Part shown: piece after piece, positions 25,466 to 40,280 of the stretch
Layout of the letters: each line of letters begins with the position of its first letter
How positions within the stretch are numbered: the first letter of the stretch is position 1
Source: Eledone cirrhosa
Lineage: Eukaryota
Direction of reading: 5' to 3'
Assembly (NCBI GenBank): GCA_964016885.1
Contig: OZ024742.1
Coordinates: forward strand, 135,594,001 to 135,658,000
Length of the DNA stretch: 64,000 nt
Translations under genes and position numbers: made by a program
The notes under the pieces: generated by a model
Database searches by the model: none
Seen by the model: only the letters and a program-made list of their open reading frames with translations
What the model was told of the DNA's origin: nothing

Positions 25466-25904
25466 TTATAGTTACAATGGGAAGTTGTTAGATCTACAGG
25501 ACTGGTCGCCGGTTTTACAGCATGAAATGGAGATTGCAATACATTATACGAATAGGCCTCTCTACATAAGTCCTAAACGCGTACCCTGTTAAGCCGCGCG
25601 AAAGATGATGTAGCATGGTTCATTTTCTTACCTCTTACCACAATGCAATGTTGGTGGTCTTATTGGCGCCACTCACCAGTCTAGTACTTTTTCAAACCCG
25701 CGAAGACTAGCCTTTTGTTAAGGGCGATCATTACTACGCCATCTCTACATAAATGGGTGTGAGAATTTTCCTCGTAACTGCAGGTGTCACCCCATTTCTC
25801 TATCACCCCTTGTAGTTTCCGCTGTTGGTCCGGGATTGCTTATTCGTCCGGCAGGAGCCAACTTTTATCGCTAGTAATAATCATATCTGGTGACCATATT
25901 GCTT

Positions 25905-26540
25905 GCTATCCGCCACATATGCCTAGTTCACTGGCAGTTATAGAGAGATCTCCTTTATTAAGTCTACGAATATATGTGTATCGGATAAATGGTGCTAGAT
26001 CGATCCCATTCAATGTGGGTGGCGGACGCCTCTGATTATGCGTATTGCCACCTCTCTTGTTCATTATTTTCATGAACAGGATTGACATGCACAGCCGGGT
26101 TGGAATTGGTACCACAAGTGGCAAGAGTAGAATCGGTGGTCTTGAATTTGCAGACGATATGGTATTATTCAACTCAACAGAAGGTGATCTCCGATTTACA
26201 CTTGTTAGATTTGATGGCAAGTCCTGCATGTCTAGAATAAATATCTGTGCTGCGAAGCATAAGACACTCCTCCTCTCAATGAAGCTTACACAGTGCACTC
26301 TACATGTGAATGGATTTCCACAGATGCAGGTGGAGATGTTCATGTATCTCGGGACCATGTTCGTGTGTGATGGAAGACAGGAGGCTGAATTAAGTGCAAT
26401 AATTGCAGGAACTGGTGCAGTAATGCACCAGCTTCAATATTCAGTAATTAGAGAAAGCGAGATAGGGGTAAAAGTCAAACTCGTTATCTTAAATTCAGTA
26501 TTCGTGCCATCTGCCCCCACGGCCCACTCATGAATAGGTG
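25905..26540 (+). pseudogene. RTE-clade RT fragment
   Basis: CVLPPLLFIIFMNRID...IGGLEFADDMVL...QVEMFMYLGTMF. Confidence 0.8.
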
Positions 26541-26667
26541 GAAGAAGAAGAAGAAGAAGAAGAAGAAGAAGAAGAAGAAGAAGAAGAAGAAGAAGAAGAA
26601 GAAGAAGAAGAAGAAGAAGAAGAAGAAGAAGAAGAAGAAGAAGAAGAAGAAGAAGAAGAAGAAGAAG

Positions 26668-26696
<29 letters not shown>
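26541..26696 (+). repeat. (GAA)n microsatellite, about 52 units
   Basis: Direct reading. Confidence 0.98.
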
Positions 26697-26698
<2 letters not shown>

Positions 26699-28340
26699 GG
26701 TTCCATATATACCACTAATAGGAGAATGTTAAGTGTCATTCTGAACTACATTGACAATATACGAAACTGTATTCTTTATCTTATCTTCTCGGCCATTTTT
26801 GCTTTTACGTATATCTTTCTCGTACTTATTTACTATCACTCTTAAAGTAACAAATAGAAAAATTGGCGCATGTGTGATATGAGTTTAGAGTGGTGGCATT
26901 GTTAATGTCGGTAAAAGAGGGATTTAATGGTTATCAGTATTTCCTCATGTTGAAAGATAATTACCCTTGCAGGTGGGGCACGCCGTCTCTTGGCTCAAGA
27001 CGTTTTATAGTTTCAGGAAAGTACTACCAAAAAAGGTCTTATACGCAAAATACTTGGCCTTCAAAATACTGGTAAAAAAAAAATTATAATTTGATCTGGA
27101 AATGTATAGGATAGCGAGAAATCAGTTAGTCATATATAAAAAAATTATAGACTGATAAATACGTAAATACAAAGTTTGGTAAATACTTAACAATCTAACT
27201 AGACGACAAGCACATAAATAGAGAACGGAAGAGAAAGTTTGTCAGAGAAAGAGAAAGAAATAAAGTAAGATATATAATAAATGTTCGGTGAATCCATACG
27301 TACATAAATATATGTGTGCATGTATGTATATATATATATATACATACTACTGTACGTCTGTATACATATATGTATGTACGTGTACATACTTATATTTAAG
27401 TAACAGCCGTACTAAGAGTGGGAAATGAAATTTCGTTTCATTTTTTACGTTTATCATTTTCGGTGCACCCGGCTGATTAACCCACTCGATATGCAAATTG
27501 GGCTAATCTGCCGAAGAAGTAGTGGTTCCATATATACCACTAATAGGAGAATGTTAAGTGTCTTTCTGAACTACATTGACAATATACGAAACTGTATTCT
27601 TTATCTTATCTTCTCGGCCATTTTTAATTTTACGTATATCTTTCTCGTACTTATTTACTATCACTCTTAGAGTAACAGATAGAAAAATTGGCGCATGTGT
27701 GATATGAGTTTAGAGTGGTGGCATTGTTAATGTCGGTAAAAGAGGGATTTAATGGTTATCAGTATTTCCTCATGTTGAAAGATAATTACCCTTGCAGGTG
27801 GGGCACGCCGTCTCTTGGCTCAAGACGTTTTATAGTTTCAGGAAAATACTACCAAAAAAGGTCTTATACGCAAAATACTTGGCCTTCAAAATACTGGTAA
27901 AAAAAAAATTATAATTTGATCTGGAAATGTATAGGATAGCGAGAAATCAGTTAGTCATATATAAAAAAATTATAGACTGAACTGATAAATACGTAAATAC
28001 AAAGTTTGGTAAATACTTAACAATCTAACTAGACGACAAGCACATAAATAGAGAACGGAAGAGAAAGTTTGTCAGAGAAAGAGAAAGAAATAAAGTAAGA
28101 TATATAATAAATGTTCGGTGAATCCATACGTACATAAATATATGTGTGCATGTATGTATATATATATATACACATACTACTGTACGTCTGTATACATATA
28201 TGTATGTACGTGTACATACTTATATTTAAGTAACAGCCGTACTAAGAGTGGGAAATGAAATTTCGTTTCATTTTTTCCGTTTATCGTTTTCGGTGCACCC
28301 GGCCGATTAACCCACTCGATATGCAAATTGGGCTACTCTG
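26697..28340 (+). repeat. Tandem duplication, period about 825-830 bp, near-identical copies
   Basis: gtggttccatatataccactaatagg at 26697 and 27522; identical translations at 26890 and 27715. Confidence 0.95.
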
Positions 28341-28635
28341 CCGTTAATATGCATATACGTTCAACAATCTGGCAGGAAGGTATACGTTGCTGACGATAGC
28401 TAATAAGCTTGAAACTAGTACCGCGTTCCTTATCAGTGTTGAACAAACGAGCAACGATTGTTGCTAGACACTACGGCTTAATACGGGATGTTTGTTTACA
28501 AACACACCGAACATTATAATAAATGTTCGGTGAATCCATACGTACATATATATATGTGTGCATGTATGTATATATATATACATACTACTGTACGTCTGTA
28601 TAGATATATGTACGTACGTGTACATACTTATATAT
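28103..28635 (+). mobile_element. Retrozyme-like element, family A (412-bp unit, about 1.3 copies)
   Basis: atgttcggtgaatccatacgtacata recurs at 28111 and 28523; HHR inside; 3' end runs into (TA)n. A truncated duplicate lies at about 27273-27510. Confidence 0.75.
28384..28426 (+). ncRNA. Minimal hammerhead ribozyme (family A)
   Basis: acgttg-CTGACGA-t-agc(taataa)gct-t-GAAA-C(TA)G-TA-ccgcgt; helix I is partly mutated. Confidence 0.65.
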
Positions 28636-28770
28636 ATATGTATATATATATATATATATATATTAGAAAGTGAGGTTTTTTACAAAATGGAAAATAATCG
28701 AGGTGTCCTACACGAATGAAAGTATAAAGAAAAAAAGATGAAATCGAAAATGCAACTGGAGTCTTATTGT

Positions 28771-28892
<122 letters not shown>

Positions 28893-29799
28893 TTAGGAGA
28901 TGATTCATGTATATAAGTTTGTAAATATAGATATAGTTGGGAAGAAAAACAGACAAGTATATTGACCCAGGTGACAATAGAGTGACCGCCACACATACAT
29001 ATGCATATATATCTGTATATATATAAAGACGAAGTTTATTGTACATCTATGTGTGGATAATCTTTAATGAGGGCTCATATATTCTTAACCATTCATGCGA
29101 TTTCTTTGACATTTTTTACAGAGCTTCTCTTTGCACAAAGCGTGTACATGAGCTACAAATGCTTTCAAAAATCGATATTGGGATCTTTGGAGACATTAAA
29201 AAATGTTCGATTATTTGTGTTAATTTTGATGAATAAGTAAAGCCAGAGTTATCTTTCGTAATTCGACTCATTCGGATTTTTATTTACTCTTTGTACTTGA
29301 AACAAAAGGTACGCTTTCTTGATGTTTATACATTAAGTGATCTCATAACTTTTACAATATTAGGCGTTGTACATAATAGTGTCTATTATTCACTTCTCTT
29401 CTCTATTTCATGATGCGCTTTTACTGTTGTCAAAAAAGACACCGAGCTCATATCTTAATTATTTCGCTGGAATAGTGCCTAAGGTTTTCATGTTTACATA
29501 AAGTACGTTTTTCTTCTATGTATTCAAATTTACTTTGTTTAGTTTAATGAGCTACATCGAAAGCCACTAGAACCGTCCAAAAGGACGGGTAGTTTAGCTA
29601 GTATATATATATATTTGAAAAGAAAACGAAAAGAATGACTTCAATGTAGTTCTAATCAATTTTATTTTATTTAAATTAAAATAAAATAAATTATTTAGAA
29701 CTGCAAGTGAAGTCATACTTTTCCTTTTTTTTCAAATATACCTAACTGTACCAGGGATCTCACACATTTTCCAATACATATATATATTTATATATATGC

Positions 29800-30668
<869 letters not shown>

Positions 30669-30844
30669 TATATTACGCGACTCACTTGTCCCAATATCTT
30701 ATTTTAGTTATTGCTCGCACCAACCTGAGGTATATGATTTTTAATGCGATGAAATACCAATGATCGTTGGCAAATCACTGATGAGGGACTAATTTTATAA
30801 TATGTAATCCATGTGCAACCATGCAGTATTCTTCTCCCCATGTT

Positions 30845-30905
<61 letters not shown>

Positions 30906-30945
30906 CAACAACAAAGAACGCTTAGAGCATAGGTATATCTTTACT

Positions 30946-30991
30946 TGCTAACAGTGTTTCGTCCACACTATAAGTGGGACTCATCAGAGCA
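30946..30991 (-). ncRNA. Type I hammerhead ribozyme
   Basis: Mirror of 31319-31364. Confidence 0.75.
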
Positions 30992-31318
30992 TAAAGAGTG
31001 ATTACATATTACACAAGCAATAACAAATCCAAGACATTGAAGAAATAAAAAATATTGAAGAAATAAAATGAACATTGAAAAATAAGCATTGAAAAATAAG
31101 AGGTGCTATCAGTCACAGTTGGGCAGGGTGCTGTTAACATACAGTTACATACATCTTGTATGTAACTGTATGTTAACAGCACCCTGCCCAACTGTGACTG
31201 ATAGCACCTCTTATTTTTCAATGCTTATTTTTCAATGTTCATTTTATTTCTTCAATATTTTTTATTTCTTCAATGTCTTGGATTTGTTATTGCTTGTGTA
31301 ATATGTAATCACTCTTTA

Positions 31319-31364
31319 TGCTCTGATGAGTCCCACTTATAGTGTGGACGAAACACTGTTAGCA
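31319..31364 (+). ncRNA. Type I hammerhead ribozyme
   Basis: tgct-CTGATGA-gtcccac(ttata)gtgtggac-GAAA-C(ACT)G-TT-agca. Confidence 0.78.
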
Positions 31365-31577
31365 AGTAAAGATATACCTATGCTCTAAGCGTTCTTTGTT
31401 GTTGATTATATTACGGCTCTGTCCTCAGACATCGAGCTAACCTTATACTGCCTATTGGATAAGTGGAGTGTTACACACTCCTGATCCTCTCCCTTGTATA
31501 CTATATATATATATATACATTTATTATAGATATATACATATATATACATACATACATACATATATATATACATATAT

Positions 31578-31611
<34 letters not shown>

Positions 31612-31614
<3 letters not shown>

Positions 31615-31821
31615 GGAACCAGTAAGACCCCGACAGCTGAGCTCAAGCCGTTTCGACGGCTAATTCTGGACTAAGTCCACTTAGTCCAGAATTAGCCGTC
31701 GAAACGGCTTGAGCTCAGCTGTCGGGGTCTTACTGGTTCCTATTACCCACTCTACTACCTCAAGTATTGAGTACTTTGGTGCGTTATGGTCCACCTGGTT
31801 CCTTACCACATTTCCTTCGTT
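31612..31821. mobile_element. Fold-back element, family H (132-bp hairpin plus tail)
   Basis: Hairpin centred at 31677-31678; GAAA-CGGC(TTGAGCTCA)GCTG-TC-GGGG at 31701-31727; flanked by TA-rich tracts. Confidence 0.75.
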
Positions 31822-32309
31822 ATATATATATATATATATATACGTACAGATATATATAGATATATACATATATATATACGTATGTACATACAGATATATA
31901 TAGATATATACATATATATTCATATATATATATACAGATATATATAGATATATACATATATATACATATATATATATACAGATATATATAGATATATACA
32001 TATATATTCATATATATATATACAGATATATATAGATATATACATATATATACATATATATATATACAGATATATATAGATATATACATATATATACATA
32101 TATATATATATATACAGATATATATAGATATATACATATATATACATATATACATACAGATATATATAGATATATACATATATATACATATATACATACA
32201 GATATATATAGATATATACATATGTATGCATATATACATACAGATATATATAGATATATACATATATATGCATATATACATACAGATATATATAGATATA
32301 TACATATAT

Positions 32310-32384
<75 letters not shown>

Positions 32385-32399
32385 TATATACATATATAC

Positions 32400-32448
<49 letters not shown>

Positions 32449-32533
32449 CATAGATATATATAGATAGATATATACATATATAAACATATATATATATATA
32501 TACATAGATATATATATATAGATAGATATATAC

Positions 32534-32566
<33 letters not shown>

Positions 32567-32712
32567 GATATATACATACATATATATATATATATATATC
32601 TTTTCTTTATTTTGTTATACATATATATATATACATATACATATATATATATATTATATATATATATATATATATCTTTTCTTTATTTTGTTATACATAT
32701 ATATATATATAC

Positions 32713-32750
<38 letters not shown>

Positions 32751-32809
32751 TTTCTTTATTTTGTTATACATATATATATATATATACATATATACATATA
32801 TAAATATAT

Positions 32810-32862
<53 letters not shown>

Positions 32863-33021
32863 CATATATATATATACATATATATATACATATATATATA
32901 TACATATATACATATATATATACATATATATATACATATATATATATACATACATATATACATATATATATACATATATATATATACATACATATATACA
33001 TATATATATACATATATATAT

Positions 33022-33070
<49 letters not shown>

Positions 33071-33077
33071 TATATAC

Positions 33078-33122
<45 letters not shown>

Positions 33123-33232
33123 TATATATATATATATATATCTTTTCTTTATTTTGTTTTTGTGCCCCTTATTTGTTCTGTCCTACATGGCGTAGGAGAG
33201 GCACTAAAACAAAATATAGAAAAGAATCCCCA

Positions 33233-33275
33233 GTCACTGAAGAGGTCACAGAATGTGTGACGAAAGAACTTTGAC
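33233..33275 (+). ncRNA. Hammerhead-like motif
   Basis: gtca-CTGAAGA-g-gtcaca(gaatg)tgtgac-GAAA-G(AA)C-TT-tgac. Confidence 0.65.
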
Positions 33276-33487
33276 AATATATGAACAATCGTTTGGTTGT
33301 GGAACCAACCAACCAACCAACCGGAAATTTATAAATTCCTAAATTTATGAATTTAACTTATAATAAATTGAAGTGAACGCATGGTGCGTGTGTTCCTTAT
33401 TAGCAACATGACCCTCCCAAAGCATTACAATATCGGTTTCAGCGCACGTTTTCAGATAAAGAATCTTGCTAAACAAATTCAGAAACG

Positions 33488-33600
<113 letters not shown>

Positions 33601-33603
33601 CAC

Positions 33604-33634
<31 letters not shown>

Positions 33635-33673
33635 TATATATATATATATACACATATATATATATATATATAT

Positions 33674-33740
<67 letters not shown>

Positions 33741-33753
33741 TATATATATATAT

Positions 33754-33796
<43 letters not shown>

Positions 33797-33799
<3 letters not shown>

Positions 33800-34040
33800 G
33801 GTGGCTGCCAACTCGTTTTCCAGTACGACCACTACTTTATATCCATGTAGTAGAACCCCTACCGATGCGCTGAACTAGTGTGACTTTTTAGGCCAGCGAG
33901 CGACTTGAAAACTCTGGTACAAACATTACACTTTTGACACATAGTGCTGGGCCCATGGTACCATGTGACGACAAATGCAGAGAGTTCTCCAGATGCCTGT
34001 GCCGTGAAGCTTTCATAGTGAGCAAAGGCACCGCACAAAG
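33797..34040 (-). mobile_element. 3' part of the about 580-bp non-autonomous element also at 52738 and 55324
   Basis: catggtggctgccaactcg...gtgagcaaaggcaccgcacaaag, within (TA)n. Confidence 0.75.
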
Positions 34041-34063
34041 ATATATATAGATATATACATATA

Positions 34064-34096
<33 letters not shown>

Positions 34097-34536
34097 AATA
34101 AATAATCGAGAATCGGAATCTCGGCTCACGAAATCACGAAACACAATCTTCGAAATGTGTGGCAGAGGGCTCAATAGTTTGGTTAAACCAGAGCTATAAC
34201 TATCGTTAAAATACCAACACATAGAGACAATGCTTAAAATCATTCGCACAGCCGAAAAAAACGACCAGGAAAATTCGGGTCACACAAATAATAAATTAAT
34301 AAATTAATAAATTAAATGAACGTAAAATCTTACCCGGACCCGCTAGAAAGATGTTCAAATCTAGCTTTATGGGTTTCTGCAGTTCCTTAATCAACTACCG
34401 TCGGCCCACATAAAAATTATATCTGACTTCTGGTAAAGAGATGAACGAGGAAGCTGCTTTCTCAACAGGCCTTTCGTTCAGAAATATAGAGACACCCAAC
34501 CCGTTATAATAGGCGAATGAATTCAGTAATATATAT

Positions 34537-34654
<118 letters not shown>

Positions 34655-35023
34655 ATATAATTCCTTGTAGGCTAATCATCCGGCTGTAATATATTGCCTC
34701 AGAAACGATCCAACGTCACAGGGATTGCAACGCCAGTTACTTTTTATTAGTGAGGGAAATAACCTTAGATGTTTGCGGGCTATTACTTTCTTTTCAAATG
34801 TAAAAGACCAGAGACGGTGGAACCCATCGGTCGTTCGTTTTGTTTTGAACTGTTGAGATTTTACATTTAAAAAGAGGGTTTTAGCCCTGAAATATTACGT
34901 TGATATATATACTGGGAAAAAACACAAGTTTTGTTTATTTTGGCCTTTATACATTTCTACCCCATTATACCAGCTTTCTGAAACTTACCAATCATTTATT
35001 ACTCACCTTCCAATGCTTCATAT

Positions 35024-35159
<136 letters not shown>

Positions 35160-35835
35160 CATATATTACAGCCGGATGCTTTGCCTACAAGGAATTATAT
35201 TACTAACATCTTATGATACGCAAGATACTGCTTAACTATTCTAAACCGGATACTCACACCCTATATACATACATATTATATACATATATACGACAGACAC
35301 AGCAGCAGCGACCACAATAGTAATAATGGTAATAATACGAGTAACAACAACAACCACAGTAGTAATAATGGAAATAATACGTGTAGCAACATTGATGATA
35401 GACACGACAAAAACAACAAATAGTTGAAATAACAGTAACAACAACAATAACAGTGGAGAAAACAACAACAATACATCTAACAATCACACCAACAATACAT
35501 CTAGCAATCATAACAATAATAATGTTAATGATAGGAACAATAACCACCACCATAATAACAATAACAGCAACACACACAACTCTGACGATAGATATAATGA
35601 CAACCCCTTAGAGAAACTAGTCTTCAATCCAGCTGACAAAACATATAAGAAGGGTAATATTTATCCGACGAGGTTACCCTTTAATAAAAGGGTTTGTATA
35701 CCACAACAAATAGATGACGAGACAGGGGCACCGTTCACCATAGCTAGAAATAAGATTAGACAAATAGTAGACAGGTATACTAAGAGACAGAGCAGACCAG
35801 AGGCCCAACAACTTGGGAGGAAACCTATAGAAGGC

Positions 35836-37933
35836 TTGGTTAGCCTCAAGCAGCGCACGAGGGATGGTGAGGTAGTATTTCTACCCACGGATAAGTCTGG
35901 TAGGTTGTCAATAGACAGCATGCCGAACTACATCAAGGCTATGCAACCCCACATCACCAACACGAGCGAAATTGCACAGCAAATACATGAGGGGAGAGAG
36001 AAAATCCTCAACGCTCACATGATGATGTGAACCGACATCCTAAAGCCAAGCAGACGCACTGCCAACAACTTCCAGGCGTCTAACAATGGCATACCACATT
36101 TGTATGGGCTCTGCAAAGACCATAAGACAGTTGACGACCCGACGACAGGACCACCAACAAGACCTGTATGCGGAGCCAATATAGCTAGCAACTACAGGAT
36201 CTCCTACTTCCTCTCAATGGTTATACGCCCCATAATCAAGATGTCCCCAGATATATGTGACAGTACAGAGGACCTCCTCAGCAGAATCAATGAGTGCAAC
36301 AAAAACAAAAACCTATCCAACTGCATAATAGGCAGTATGGACGTGGTGCCTCTATACCCATCCATTAACATTGATTTTGCTGTGGAAAAGTGAGAGTGAG
36401 GTGGAGTTCTGCGACGTCGACACAGACGAACTGGGCCTCCTACTTAGACTTACCTATGACACTGATTACCTAGACAGCCATGACCTTAGGCGTTTCTCCC
36501 CAAATAGACCCATAAGAGGTAGACCCAACCATAAACTCTATGGCTAAAAAGACTCCCATGGGAAGGTGGTTTGTGTGGACCAAAGCCATATGGACCCCCC
36601 AAAACAATGATCGGGTAAGAAAAATGGTCGCACATGCAATAGGGGCTAGTATTAAAACTACCGTAAAGGCCACATATTCAAATTCAACGTGATCTACACC
36701 CAAAATGAGGGAGCAGTCATTGGTGTCAGCATAGCTTGTGACGTTGCCAATCTTTTGGTATGGTGGGAAAGGAGACTCAAAGATCTCCTTGATGAGAGTT
36801 CCATAGACCTCATCATGTACTCTCGTTACGTAGACGACATCAATATAGTGATAAGGACATCCCCACAAGAGAGTACTGACAAGTTTGATTTAGAACGTAG
36901 CACAATGGAAAGCATCCAGCAGATAGCTAATTCCATACACCAGAGTATAACTGTAACTATCGACTACCCTTTCAAACACCCTGACAATGGACTACCTGTA
37001 TTAGACACGGAACTCTGTATTAACACTATAGACGAGAGAGCCCAAATTCTCCACTCACACTACGCTAAACCCATGGCTTCCAAATACGTGATACTCAAAA
37101 ACTCAGCAATGTCCAGTAGTGCTAAGTTTAATATTCTGATCGGAGACTTGGTACGAGTGATGAAGAAGGTGTCCCGCATGTGCGACCCAACAGAAATGGA
37201 AGGACACATTCAACACTTCATCAACCGCATGCAGTTCTCTGGCTACAACCAAAGAGACAGAATCAGAGTATACGAAGGAGCCACGGAGAAATATAAGACC
37301 CTCATAGAACTGGACATGAAAGGAATTTGCCCATTATACAGGAGCAAATCATGGAATAGCTTAGATAGGGAAAGCCACCTCATGGTACGACAACCAGAGA
37401 TACCAGAGTGTCATGTTCGTGGACGCTACCCCCGGAGGGAAATTAGCTAACCAGTGTAGAAAGGCCCTGAGAAAGACCCACTTAAAGATTAAGGTGGTAG
37501 AAAAGCCAGGAACCACCATAAAATCCCGGATCAGCAAAGCGTACCCTTTTAAGAAAACCCACTGTACTAATAGGAAATGTATTATATGTAAAGTAAACCC
37601 CGGATAAACTGTAAAACTAGAAACGTAGTCTATAGCATAAGATGTACAGAGGGTACTTGCAGAAAAATGACAACAACATACATAGGTGAGACAGCTCGTA
37701 GCATAGGAGAAATGATAGACCAACACTGGGGTGAACTAAAAGGGCGAAAAGAGGGTTCAGTACTATATGAACACGCCAGACAACAACACGGCGGTAACAT
37801 AGACAACATAGAAATTAGAATAATATCTAAACATAGAAATGACCCAGCAGATAGGCAAATCAGAGAGGCCAGCGAAATAGAACTTAGAAGGCCAAAGCTA
37901 AACAGAAAAAATGAATGGAATAACAACACCTAA
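35836..37933 (+). pseudogene. Penelope RT and GIY-YIG ORF with stops and frameshifts
   Basis: LPTDKSG; LYGLCKDHK...PPTRPV; IGSMDVVPLYPSI; YTQNEGAVIG; YSRYVDDI; LPVLDT; YIGETARS...EH...DRQIREA...PKLNRKNEW. Confidence 0.92.
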
Positions 37934-38212
37934 ACAAACAATACTGACCTAAGAGAAGTACAAATAAATAAATAAACAAATACATACACAAGCCCAATAA
38001 CAACAAACACATATACACACACACTAGTAAACTAAGAGAGAATACAATAACCAAAACACAGTCACCCAAACACGAACACACACCAAACACTATACACACA
38101 TGCAAACGCATGCGCAGAGAAGAAGACAATAATAAATAAATAAATAAATAAATAAACAGATTAAATATAGATGGCGTAGACATACAATACAACAGGAGGA
38201 CACATAATAGCA

Positions 38213-38254
38213 CCACTGACGATGTTGCAGATGTGCAACGAAATAACTTTGTTA
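38213..38254 (+). ncRNA. Hammerhead-like motif in PLE 3' UTR (helices I and III degenerate)
   Basis: CTGACGA-t-gttgca(gatg)tgcaac-GAAA, about 280 nt after the GIY-YIG stop codon. Confidence 0.6.
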
Positions 38255-38454
38255 GACTATATTTATGTGTTCGTGTCTATAATATAGCTGTATTTTTGAC
38301 CGTTGGTCAGTCAATGGTAGCATTGAGGACCGAATAAATTAAATTAACTGATATAAAAGATACAGAAGCGAAAACAAACCAAACAGTGAGGGTGTTCTGT
38401 TATTTATTCTGGCAATATTATTACACAAATATGACCCTCCCCAAGTATAACAAT

Positions 38455-38550
<96 letters not shown>

Positions 38551-38552
<2 letters not shown>

Positions 38553-39360
38553 TTAATATCTAGTAACATATATATACATACAGATGCATATCAATGCTAG
38601 CAAATATATAGGTTTTGTCTTAGTAACTTTGCGGTTCAATGCATTGGGTTGCAGAACAATTATATGAGAGACGTAAAATAAGAAAATTATAAAATTAACT
38701 TACTTACTAAAATATAACTTCCAACTAATTAGTTTCTGAAATGGAATAAATATACTTTCCGAAGAAAACATAGAGAATTATTTCGTCGTCAGGGAAGACT
38801 ATTCTCAGCTAAGTATCCAGGCAAAGCGTGGACTTTGGAAACTTATTCAAAAATAATTCAGTGGTTAGAAAATAGCAAAGCGTGGACTGAATTCCTAGCC
38901 ATTGAGAAAATCACTGCCTCTGCGTCGGTGGCAAATTCAAAAAGAATCAATCACGTGACATCGAGGTCAATCAGTGGAAAGTGGTTTGCTAATAAGACAG
39001 CGGCCTGCCTGCTACCATAGCAGCAGTCTTGGCCAATATTGCTCGACAAATAATTTGGAGATAATTATAAAGAATTAATATCTAGTAACATATATATACA
39101 TACAGATGCATATCAATGCTAGCAAATATATAGGTTTTGTCTTAGTAACTTTGTGGTTCAATGCATGGGGTTGCAGAACAATAATATGAGAGACGTAAAA
39201 TAAGAAAATTATAAAATTAACTTACTTTCTAAAATATCACTTAGTTTCTGAAATGGAATAAATATACTTTCCGAAGAAAACAGAGAATCATTTCGTTCTG
39301 TTCTGCAAATTTCATTATTGTTCTGCAACCCCATGCATTGAACCACAAAGTTACTAAGAT
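38551..39360 (-). mobile_element. Retrozyme-like element, family B (522-bp unit, about 1.4 copies, short 5' inversion)
   Basis: aattaatatctagtaacata at 38551 and 39073; 39315-39359 is an inverted copy of about 39139-39185; HHR on the minus strand. Confidence 0.75.
38718..38797 (-). ncRNA. Type I hammerhead ribozyme with palindromic helix III
   Basis: Minus strand: cttcc-CTGACGA-c-gaaat...atttc-a-GAAA-C(TAATTA)G-TT-ggaag. Confidence 0.72.
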
Positions 39361-39385
39361 AATTATTGATAATCCAATAATATCT

Positions 39386-40178
39386 ATTGATAATCCAATA
39401 ATATCCACTTTCCGTGACTTACCATCTGATTAATTGCTGAATATATTTCTTTAATGGAATGTATACAGGGAAGATTAATCATATTAAAAGGTATCTATTT
39501 TTGAAGTTGTAGTCAACTTTATTTATTTGTTACCCAAATAGCTATGCGTGGTTACACGCTTGTAAAAATGACCTCCTGTGATTATTCATGTATATATATA
39601 TGTTAATCAATTTCTAGTTATTATAAAATGCTCGGACCTATATTTGAGCTTATTTTCTAGGCGATATGGCGCACGCCGTTATGGCATGACACCCACAATT
39701 TTGATTTAGATTAAATTCATTTAATTTATCTTAATTTTGGATATAGATATATAAATACGGCTCCTTAATTTCTAAATAGAGCTATTTATGTTGAAGGGAA
39801 TCGACTGCTGTTTCTAGTTGTCGAATACCTATTCACGCCACTGAAACGAGGCTGCTGTGATGTGTGGACACAACACGCGGTAGCGGCCAGTTGAGGATTT
39901 GAACTCGCTGTGTGAGCATGGAGTGCTGGACATTATTCTTCCTTGTTGATAATCTAATAATATCCACTTTCCGTGACTTACCATCTGATTAATTGGTGAA
40001 ATATATTTCTTTAATGGAACATATACAGGGAAGATTAATAATATTAAAAGGTATCTAATTTTAAAGTTGTAGTCAACTTTATTTATTTGTTACCCAACTA
40101 GCTATGCGTGGTTACACGCTTGTAAAAATTATCTCCTGTGATTATTCATGTATATATACATGTTAATCAATTTCTAGT

Positions 40179-40184
<6 letters not shown>
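39386..40184. repeat. Family C element, inverted relative to 29992 (about 559-bp unit, about 1.4 copies)
   Basis: tatccactttccgtgacttacc at 39402 and 39961. Confidence 0.85.
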
Positions 40185-40253
<69 letters not shown>

Positions 40254-40280
40254 AATATATATATATGGGATAACAAGTTA

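Larger units (their letters stand above)
30900..31500. mobile_element. PLE-derived palindrome (254-bp arms, 3-nt loop at 31154-31156) with two HHRs
   Basis: 30900-31153 is the reverse complement of 31157-31410 with no mismatch seen; right-hand extension runs to (TA)n. Confidence 0.9.
35590..38340 (+). mobile_element. Penelope-like element (RT, GIY-YIG and 3' UTR with HHR-like motif), decayed
   Basis: Collinear RT and endonuclease pieces followed by an AC-rich UTR; boundaries are approximate. Confidence 0.85.

Noticed and set aside
26434-26739. Poly-K, poly-E and poly-L ORFs
   Set aside because: Translation of the (GAA)n tract.
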